Shown here one piece after another: positions 57,296 to 64,000 of a DNA stretch of 64,000 nucleotides; position 1 is the stretch's first letter, and every line of letters starts with the position of its first letter. A program made the translations under genes and the position numbers. Under the pieces are notes generated by a model. The model saw only the letters and a list, made by a program, of their open reading frames with translations, was not told where the DNA came from and did not search any database. The DNA lies in the NCBI GenBank assembly GCA_030019415.1, contig JASEEX010000002.1:3823-67822 (forward strand), given 5' to 3'. This DNA comes from Thermodesulfovibrionales bacterium (GTDB taxonomy: Bacteria; Nitrospirota; Thermodesulfovibrionia; Thermodesulfovibrionales; SM23-35).

Positions 57296-59542
57296 CTAAA
57301 AAAATGTCCCAAAAGTAAACTCAATCCTGCTGGATTTTTCTCCTGGTTTTCTATCAAGATTATAACCCCATTCAACCCTTATCGGCCCCATAGGCGAAAT
57401 CCATCTTACACCTGCTCCGGTAGTATATCTGAGGCTGCCGAAATTTTTAAATGATTCATAGGAATTTCCTGCATCAAAAAAAACGACACCCTTAAGCCTT
57501 AGTTCACTCATGATTGGGAAAATATATTCTGCATTGAAGATTAATTCTTCAGTGCCCCCTATTACTTCCCCGGTCTTTTCATCTCTCGGTCCGGCCTCAC
57601 CCCATCCCAATCCCCTCATAGTATATATTCCGCCTACATAAAACCTCTCGTACAGAGGCAGATCCTTTCCCCAGATACCGGTAGCATACCCAAACCTGCC
57701 TCTCAACATGAAGGTTGTCTTTTTGAGCGGGAAATACCAGGCAGAGTCAATTCCGCTTTTTACAAAGTAGTTAGTTCCTCCAATCCCTGCATATGTCAGG
57801 TAGATGGAATTTCTTGAACCCCTTGACGGGTCAAGGTAATTGTCTCTCGAGTCTTTTACTAAGGAGGGGGTGATACTACTGGTTACCCTTGTGCCTTTCT
57901 GCTCCTTTATTATAGTAGAAGCATCTTCAGATACATTATAAATTGTTGCTTCCTCAAAATTATATGCAAGATCACCTCTCAGGTATTCTGAAAATTCCTT
58001 ACCAAAGGAAACCCCGAATCCTGTTGCCTTTTTGTCGAATGCTATGTATTCCCTCGTTATCCTGTAGATGCTTGTAGAGAATGAGATAGGCTTATCCATG
58101 AACCAGGGCTCCCTGAAAGAGATTTCATAGTATGTAGTTCTTCCACCGAGTTCTCCCCTGAGTTTTATGAACTGTCCTTTACCAAAGAGGTTACCCTGTG
58201 TTAGATCAATCATTCCAATGAATTTCTCAATAGAACTATAACCCCCTCCAACACTTAAGAAGCCCGTTGGCCTTTCCTTTACCTTGATATCAAGGTCTAC
58301 CAGTTTTTCCTCCGGGCGTGGTTTCGGTATTACCTCTACAGTCTCGAAAAAGTTAAGGTTATTGACCCTTTCATAGCTTCTTTTCAGGAGCTTGCTGTTA
58401 AAGATATCACCCTCATCAAGCCTTATCTCTCTTCTTATTACTTTATCTCTGGTTTTTGTGTTCCCCGAAATCTCTATCCTGCCCATCCTGTATCTATCAC
58501 CTTCGTCAATCTTCAGGAGTACCTCTACAACTTTTTTGCTCTCATAGGGTATCAGGTCAGGAGTGACAGTTGCAATCGCATACCCGCTTTCTGAGTATAA
58601 TTCAGATATTGAAAGGATGTCTTTTCTAAGGTTTTCTTTGCTGAAAGGCGTGTTAGATGTCAGGGTAATTCTTTTCTTTATTTCGTCATCGCCAAAGACC
58701 TTATTGCCTGAGAATTCTACAGAGGAGATTTTAAACTGGTCGCCTTCTGAGATCGGGATGGTTATCATCATCCCTTTTTTATCATCTGTGAGTTTAACCC
58801 TTGGTTCGCCGACCGCTGCTTTGATAAACCCATTATTAAAATAAAGGTCCCTTATCTTTTCAATATCCGACTCCATACGATCCCTCTTATAATATCCAGA
58901 GGAAGTAATAAACGAAAAGAGCCCCCTCTCCTTCATCTCCGTAACCTTTTTTATCTTACTTGTGGAGATGGCCTTATTCCCCTCTATATTTATTCTTTTT
59001 ATCTTTACCTTTGGGCCTTCCTCTATCTGATAGGTCAGGCTAACCTCGTCAGCGCTTATCTTTTTAATAACGGGGACAATGCTCGACAGCCAGTATCCCT
59101 CTTCCTCATAAAACGCCCTGAGCCTATTCGCATTGTCCTGTATCAAGACTGCATCAGCAATGGAGCCAGTTGTTATAGTGAGTTTTTCCCTTAGCTTGGA
59201 ATCATCAAACTTTTTATTGCCCTGGAATTCGATTTTCACAATGTTAGGTTTTTCCTTCACAATGTATATCAGCTTTATGCCGCCCTCGAATGGTTCGATC
59301 TCTGCCCTGGCATCATCAAAATATCCCATCTTGAATATGTTCTTGATGTCCTCGTTTACCCTGTCCTGGGATACCGGCTCGCCTAATTCCTGGGTAATCT
59401 TAGACTTCACTGCACTCTCTTCAATTCTTTTTAGCCCTTTTATCTCTATCGTGTTAACAACAGGAAGCTCCTGGGCATATATAACTCCAGGCATTAAAAA
59501 CAAGATGATAATTAGAAGAAATAACATTCTTATTTTAGACAT
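57296..59542 (-). CDS. bamA: Outer-membrane protein assembly factor BamA
   Basis: Signal peptide, five POTRA-like repeats, and a C-terminal beta-barrel ending in RIEFTFGTFF. Confidence 0.9.
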   Translation of the reverse strand: MSKIRMLFLLIIILFLMPGVIYAQELPVVNTIEIKGLKRIEESAVKSKITQELGEPVSQDRVNEDIKNIFKMGYFDDARAEIEPFEGGIKLIYIVKEKPNIVKIEFQGNKKFDDSKLREKLTITTGSIADAVLIQDNANRLRAFYEEEGYWLSSIVPVIKKISADEVSLTYQIEEGPKVKIKRINIEGNKAISTSKIKKVTEMKERGLFSFITSSGYYKRDRMESDIEKIRDLYFNNGFIKAAVGEPRVKLTDDKKGMMITIPISEGDQFKISSVEFSGNKVFGDDEIKKRITLTSNTPFSKENLRKDILSISELYSESGYAIATVTPDLIPYESKKVVEVLLKIDEGDRYRMGRIEISGNTKTRDKVIRREIRLDEGDIFNSKLLKRSYERVNNLNFFETVEVIPKPRPEEKLVDLDIKVKERPTGFLSVGGGYSSIEKFIGMIDLTQGNLFGKGQFIKLRGELGGRTTYYEISFREPWFMDKPISFSTSIYRITREYIAFDKKATGFGVSFGKEFSEYLRGDLAYNFEEATIYNVSEDASTIIKEQKGTRVTSSITPSLVKDSRDNYLDPSRGSRNSIYLTYAGIGGTNYFVKSGIDSAWYFPLKKTTFMLRGRFGYATGIWGKDLPLYERFYVGGIYTMRGLGWGEAGPRDEKTGEVIGGTEELIFNAEYIFPIMSELRLKGVVFFDAGNSYESFKNFGSLRYTTGAGVRWISPMGPIRVEWGYNLDRKPGEKSSRIEFTFGTFF

Positions 59543-59598
59543 GTTATCTAACTCCTTTATAATAAACTCGGAAAGTATAGCACTTAAACAGGGATAAA

Positions 59599-59729
59599 GG
59601 TAACCCCGTTAGAAAGTATTTGACTTTCCAACGGGGAGGCTCACACGGGGCTTTAAACCCTGCGTTCGCTCTAAAGGAATTTTATCTTCATCACCACTGC
59701 AAGCAGTGGGGCTTTCTAACGGGGTAAAC
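59599..59729. mobile_element. MITE-like element, family A (~131 nt)
   Basis: Termini ggtaaccccgttagaaa and tttctaacggggtaaac. It is collinear with 46949-47078 by eye, with substitutions scattered along its length. Confidence 0.8.
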
Positions 59730-59973
59730 ACTAATAACAAAAATCCCCGTTAAATATTCAATTTTTGTATGAGGTTGGTTTTAAGCCTACTCTGCCTTTT
59801 CTGGAAAAATTATTAGAACGAAAAGAAACTGTGAGGATTTACGTGAAAATTTTTGCATCTACAATAACAAAGTCAGTCAATAAAATATAGAATCTAAAAT
59901 TAAAATTAATAGGTTTTCTAAAGTAGAATATTGATAAATAAATAATTATGATTTATAGATTAATTTTTCTTAT

Positions 59974-60003
59974 TTGACCATTAAGTAAAGGCTGTTGTAT
60001 ATT
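59974..60003 (+). promoter_or_regulatory. Candidate promoter for dsrAB
   Basis: TTGACC (59974-59979), an 18-nt spacer, then TATATT (59998-60003), within a very AT-rich upstream region. It implies a ~230-nt leader containing the 60044-60086 hairpin. Confidence 0.3.
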
Positions 60004-60043
60004 GATGTACTCAATATTTTCTTATTTTAAAATAGAAGGCTCT

Positions 60044-60086
60044 GTAAACCCCGCACCACGGGTTTAGGTCTGTGGTGCGGGGTAAA
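60044..60086. mobile_element. Minimal family-B hairpin (43 nt) in the dsrA leader
   Basis: gtaaaccccgcaccac-gggtttaggtct-gtggtgcggggtaaag. Confidence 0.7.
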
Positions 60087-60238
60087 GCAATCAGAGAGTG
60101 TATTGCATTACATATTGTTGTTCATACTACTGTCTACTGAAGAATAGGTAGGAAGGGGGTGGAAAAAAGGCAGAGATTTCAAGTTATACAAGTCTCACAA
60201 AGCAGCACAAATTTAAAGATTTAGAAAGGAGGTAATAA

Positions 60239-61684
60239 ATGGCAGCTGAAGGACAAGAGAAATTATGGGACAGAGAAGTAAAAGATCACAGAACTTACAA
60301 AGACATAAGGATCTTTACCGAAGACCAGCTTAAAAAAGCTGCTTCCACTGATGAAGAGCTGAAGGCATTTAAGATCAAACATGCTACCCCGCAGTTGGAT
60401 GAACTGGAAAAGGGTCCGTGGCCAAGTGTTATAAGTGATGTTAAGAGAGAGGCATTACACAGGAAGAAGCTCGGGCAGGATAATTTGATGATACCAGAGG
60501 GAGTAGCGGAGGACCTCTTAGGAGTAGTTGAACTTGCTTATGTAGATAAAGAAACTCACTGGAAACATGGCGGCATTATTGGAGTCCTTGGTTATGGAGG
60601 TGGAGTTATAGGTCGTTATTGTGACGCTCAAGAAAAATTTCCAAACATTGCCCATTTCCACACTATAAGAATCAATCAGCCCGGGGGCCATTTTTATAAC
60701 ACAGATTACATCAGGGGATTGTGTGATATCTGCGAATACCGCGGAAGTGGCATAATGAATATGCATGGCTCAACAGGTGACACTATTTTTCTGGGTACTA
60801 CTACAGAACAATTGGAACCTATATTTTTTGATCTGACCCATGATATGGGCGGCGATATTGGCGGCTCTGGTTCCAACCTCCGCACCCCTTCTGACTGTCT
60901 CGGTATGGCAAGGTGTGAGTTTGCCTGTTACGATACTATGGATATGTGTTATGACATGACCATGAGCTTCCAGGATGAGTTACACAGGCCTGCATTCCCA
61001 TATAAATACAAGTTTAAATTTTCCGGATGCCCAAATGACTGTGTTGCTGCTATAGCTCGTGCCGATCAATCCCATATAGGCACATGGAAGGATGATATCA
61101 GGATTAATCAGGAGGCTGTAAAGGAGTATGTTGCTGGTAAGATTCCACCTGATGGAGGTGGATTTGCAGGCAGGGATTGGGGTCCTTTTGATATCCAGAA
61201 GGAGGTAATTGACCTCTGTCCTACCAAATGCATGGGCTGGGATGGAAAGAAGCTCAGCATTAACAATGCTGAATGCACCCGCTGCATGCATTGTATTGAT
61301 GTTATGCCCGAGGCATTAAGGCCAGGAGTAGATACAGGTATCACCCTCCTCTTCGGGGCAAAGGCGCCTATATTAGAAGGCGCACAGATGTCACTGGTGA
61401 CCATACCATTTATGTATGTAAAGAAGCCTTATGATAACGTTAAAGAGATTACAAGGAAGGTCCAAGAGTGGTGGATGGAAGAAGGCAAAAACCGTGAACG
61501 TCTCGGCGAACTGATTCAGAGGGTTGGTCTGAGGACTTTTATTATGGATGTGCTCGGCATCCCTGTTATGCCTCAGAGCATAAAGGAGCCCCGTTCCAAT
61601 CCATATATGTTCTTTAAAGAGGCTGAGGTTCCCGGAGGATGGACAAGGGATATTAAGGAATTCAGAAAGAAACATCCACTATAA
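60239..61684 (+). CDS. dsrA: Dissimilatory sulfite reductase alpha subunit
   Basis: Collinear with the remembered Desulfovibrio DsrA: LDELEKGPWPS, HWKHGGI.GV.GYGGGVIGRY, GSGSNLRTP, CEFACYD, ELHRPAFPYK.KFKFSGCPNDCVA, CTRCMHCI, WWMEEGKNRERLGE. AAAGGAGGT lies 6 nt before the ATG. Confidence 0.95.
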   Translation: MAAEGQEKLWDREVKDHRTYKDIRIFTEDQLKKAASTDEELKAFKIKHATPQLDELEKGPWPSVISDVKREALHRKKLGQDNLMIPEGVAEDLLGVVELAYVDKETHWKHGGIIGVLGYGGGVIGRYCDAQEKFPNIAHFHTIRINQPGGHFYNTDYIRGLCDICEYRGSGIMNMHGSTGDTIFLGTTTEQLEPIFFDLTHDMGGDIGGSGSNLRTPSDCLGMARCEFACYDTMDMCYDMTMSFQDELHRPAFPYKYKFKFSGCPNDCVAAIARADQSHIGTWKDDIRINQEAVKEYVAGKIPPDGGGFAGRDWGPFDIQKEVIDLCPTKCMGWDGKKLSINNAECTRCMHCIDVMPEALRPGVDTGITLLFGAKAPILEGAQMSLVTIPFMYVKKPYDNVKEITRKVQEWWMEEGKNRERLGELIQRVGLRTFIMDVLGIPVMPQSIKEPRSNPYMFFKEAEVPGGWTRDIKEFRKKHPL

Positions 61685-61708
61685 TAGATACTATAAAGGA
61701 GGTGTTTT

Positions 61709-62887
61709 ATGTCTAAGGGTAAATTCGGCTATTACAATCCCAAAAAGATGATGGAGGGTAGGATTACTGATGTTGGTCCACCTCATTATGAACAGTTTCT
61801 GCCACCCATTATCAGAAAAAATTATGGAAAGTGGGTCTCTCACAGGATTTTGGAGCCCGGGCTGTTAATGCATGTCTCCGAGACCGGGGATAAGGTCTAT
61901 ACAGTGAGAGTTGGCCAACCGAGGTTAGTGTCTGTTGAAAATGTTCGTGAGATATGTGATATCGCTGATAAGTATTGTGATGGTTATGTGAGATGGACAA
62001 CGAGAAACAACGCAGAGTTTATAACAGACAGTGAAGAAAAGGCTCGGGCATTAAAGAAAGACTTGGATAGCAGGAAACATAGCGGAGGCTCTTTCAAATT
62101 CCCTACAGGTGGCACAGGGATGGGTATAACCGCTATCGTACATACCCAGGGGTGGTTTCACTGCCATACACCTGCTACTGATGCATCTGGAATGGTGAAA
62201 TCTGTAGCAGATACCTTGTTCGATTATTTTAAGGAGATGAAATTACCGGCAAAACTCAGGGTCTCTATGGCATGCTGTCTCAATATGTGTGGGGCTGTGC
62301 ACTGCTCTGATATTGCCCTTCTTGGTTATCATCGCAAACCCCCTCTAATTGATCATGATTGGATAGGAAAGATGTGTGAAATCCCGCTTGTCATCGCAGC
62401 CTGTCCATTATATGCAATCAAACCCGTTACTACACCTGAAGGAAAAAGAACTATCTCGATCAACTATGACAAATGTATGTTCTGTGGAAACTGTTACACC
62501 ATGTGTGCTGCAGTGCCCTTAGCAGATAAGGAGGGAGACTGTGTGACTATCCTTGTAGGCGGAAAGATATCAAGTCGCATAACACATCCAAAGTTCTCAA
62601 AGATAGTTGTGCCTGCCTTACCTAACAATCCTCCTCGCTGGACAGAGGTTTGTGATACTGTTAAAAAGATAGTAGATGTTTATGCAAAAGATGCAAATAA
62701 GTACGAAAGATTAGGTGACTGGGCAGCACGTATTGGCTGGGAGAGATTCTTTGAGAAAACTGGTCTTCCCTTTACATGGCATTTACTTGATGATTATCGT
62801 TTGGCTTATGATACCTACAGGACGTCCACTCAATTTAAGTTTACAGAACAGGCATGGGAAGTATCTAAGGCAGCAGGAGGTATATAA
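61709..62887 (+). CDS. dsrB: Dissimilatory sulfite reductase beta subunit
   Basis: Motifs [53 protein letters not shown], and the ferredoxin insert [11 protein letters not shown]. Confidence 0.95.
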   Translation: MSKGKFGYYNPKKMMEGRITDVGPPHYEQFLPPIIRKNYGKWVSHRILEPGLLMHVSETGDKVYTVRVGQPRLVSVENVREICDIADKYCDGYVRWTTRNNAEFITDSEEKARALKKDLDSRKHSGGSFKFPTGGTGMGITAIVHTQGWFHCHTPATDASGMVKSVADTLFDYFKEMKLPAKLRVSMACCLNMCGAVHCSDIALLGYHRKPPLIDHDWIGKMCEIPLVIAACPLYAIKPVTTPEGKRTISINYDKCMFCGNCYTMCAAVPLADKEGDCVTILVGGKISSRITHPKFSKIVVPALPNNPPRWTEVCDTVKKIVDVYAKDANKYERLGDWAARIGWERFFEKTGLPFTWHLLDDYRLAYDTYRTSTQFKFTEQAWEVSKAAGGI

Positions 62888-62898
62888 AAATCACTCGT

Positions 62899-62924
62899 CC
62901 CGTCAGGTCTTAAGACCTGACGGG
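62899..62924 (+). terminator. Perfect palindromic hairpin after dsrB (possible terminator/processing or stabilising stem)
   Basis: cccgtcaggtc-ttaa-gacctgacggg, an 11-bp stem, 12 nt after the dsrB stop. No clean U tract follows, so its function is uncertain. Confidence 0.4.
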
Positions 62925-63013
62925 GCATTAAATCCACTTTAGTTTGATTGACGCTTTCCTGTATCTATTCAGTGAAGAGTAGCCATAGATTGATTTTGTG
63001 CATTATTAAAGAA

Positions 63014-63060
63014 GGACTCCCGACTGATCCCCGACACAGCGGGGACAAGAGCGGGAGTGA
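63014..63060. repeat. Nested palindromic element (GTCACTCCCGC-type)
   Basis: actcccg...cgggagt encloses tccccg...cgggga. It is related to the GTCATTCC palindromes nearby. Confidence 0.6.
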
Positions 63061-63104
63061 CAACACTCAATGATTGGTCATTCTACATAATGTTATGTTA
63101 GGGT

Positions 63105-63162
63105 GTCATTCCGGCTTGTCCGGAATCTTTCTTAAGAAGGATTCCCGACAAGCGGGAATGAC
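63105..63162. repeat. Palindromic element GTCATTCCGGCTTGTCCGGAATC / GATTCCCGACAAGCGGGAATGAC
   Basis: Two inverted arms surround tttcttaagaag. A further truncated copy begins at 63969. Confidence 0.7.
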
Positions 63163-63244
63163 AGCAGAAAAGAATGACATGACTATACCGCGGAGCAGAG
63201 TTTCGAGGAATTCTTTTGATTAAAAACCTTATGAATCAGAGCCA

Positions 63245-63325
63245 GTAAACCCCGTTAGAAAATGACTTTCTCACGGGGTCTATATCATCCCCGCCATAAA
63301 TGGCGAGGCTTTCTAACGGGGTAAA
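63245..63325. mobile_element. MITE-like element, family A (81 nt)
   Basis: gtaaaccccgttagaaaa ... ctttctaacggggtaaa, lying 74 nt upstream of dsrD. Confidence 0.75.
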
Positions 63326-63398
63326 TTGGCACGTTGACAATTATTTTTTTGATGTGGTAATGTAACTGAATCGTAAATTATGAAAGGGGTGAGAATTT

Positions 63399-63653
63399 AT
63401 GGGAATGGAGGAAATTAAGAAGGCTATTGTCGAATATCTTTCAAAGGGTGCGAAGACAAAGGTCTATTTCAACGACATACTTCACGGTGTCAAAAAGACT
63501 ATTCCGGATGCTAAATTACCAGAAGTAAAAAAGGCAGCCACCGAGCTGGTTAGAGAGGGTGTTGTAGAGTACTTTTCCACTGGTAGCACCACAATGTACG
63601 GGTTGAAAGGAAGGGGCATATCCGCAGAAGAAGCAGGCGCTAAGACTGAGTAA
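63399..63653 (+). CDS. dsrD: DsrD (small winged-helix protein of the dsr locus)
   Basis: The 84-aa sequence KVYFNDILHGV ... EVKKAATELVREGVVEYFSTGSTTMYGLKGRG closely parallels the remembered Desulfovibrio DsrD (YWSSGSTTMYGLKG). Confidence 0.85.
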   Translation: MGMEEIKKAIVEYLSKGAKTKVYFNDILHGVKKTIPDAKLPEVKKAATELVREGVVEYFSTGSTTMYGLKGRGISAEEAGAKTE

Positions 63654-63722
63654 GTGATTAAGAAATTATGGTGGTTGGTAAAAAACCCGCCACCACAATT
63701 TCATTCTTTGTAAAACAACTAT

Positions 63723-63865
63723 TACCCAAATCCAGCGATAAACGTGCAAACCATTGCTATTGTGTCACCCTGAGCGTGTCGAAGGGTGACACTGATGTCA
63801 TGGTTCGACTGGCTCACCATGACATTATCGCTTCATTACGACAAATTTATCGCTGGATTTGGGTA
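63723..63865. mobile_element. 143-nt MITE-like element with perfect 20-bp terminal inverted repeats and two internal palindromes
   Basis: tacccaaatccagcgataaa (63723-63742) is the exact reverse complement of 63846-63865. Internal palindromes are gtcaccctgagcgtgtcgaagggtgac (63764-63790) and gtcatggttcgactggctcaccatgac (63797-63823). Confidence 0.8.
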
Positions 63866-63968
63866 TTATATAACTTTTTACACTCCCTCCTTGACGCATT
63901 ATTATTAAGGAGTTCATAAGTAAAACGGCATCCTTATCCGTTTCACTCATTGCGGCTCGTCAGGTTAT

Positions 63969-64000
63969 GTCATTCTGGCTTGTCCAGAATCTTTCTTCAG
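63969..64000. repeat. GTCATTC(T/C)GGCTTGTCC(A/G)GAATC palindromic element, cut by the window end
   Basis: gtcattctggcttgtccagaatctttcttcag matches the left arm of 63105-63162 with two substitutions. Confidence 0.6.

Noticed and set aside
63668-63919. 83-aa ORF downstream of dsrD
   Set aside because: Its sequence is almost entirely the 143-nt inverted-repeat element and its internal palindromes (VTLSVSKGD and MVRLAHHD are translations of palindromic repeats). It has no RBS. I treat it as a repeat artefact.

Overview
The window is about 64 kb of chromosome from a low-GC diderm bacterium that looks like a dissimilatory sulfate/sulfite reducer. dsrA-dsrB-dsrD lie at the right end. Futalosine-pathway menaquinone genes (mqnC, mqnD, mqnE) and the selenocysteine machinery (selA, selB, tRNA-Sec) are also present. 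All calls rest on motifs I could read in the supplied translations and on remembered homologues. No database search or computation was run.

Most of the window is housekeeping. From left to right it holds pstSCAB, a porin and phoBR, then aroB and aroK, mnmA, bioW, mqnE/mqnC, serS and uvrB. These are followed by an mlaEFD-tolC-mlaC operon, an AOR/ferredoxin pair, purF, rho, and rsmG-mnmG-ubiE. The window ends with lpxI-lpxA-fabZ-lpxD-skp-bamA and dsrABD.

Two things stand out:

1. An 11.4-kb island that looks more AT-rich sits exactly between aroK and aroB, two genes that are normally adjacent. It carries a BREX type 4-like cassette (brxP-brxC-pglZ-brxL) with no methyltransferase. A HicB-like gene and a visibly decayed hicA are embedded inside that cassette. 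The island also holds small toxin-antitoxin-like genes, a phosphoesterase gene fragment, and an imperfect direct repeat at its two borders.

2. The window is full of small repeats. One class is a MITE-like superfamily whose termini read GT(A/G)AACCCCG. The other class is tandem 7-nt arrays, usually about 5 units (35 nt). Many of these lie in-frame inside conserved genes, encode the hydrophobic cores of signal peptides, or supply start and stop codons of neighbouring genes.

No CRISPR array, rRNA gene, transposase or integrase was seen.
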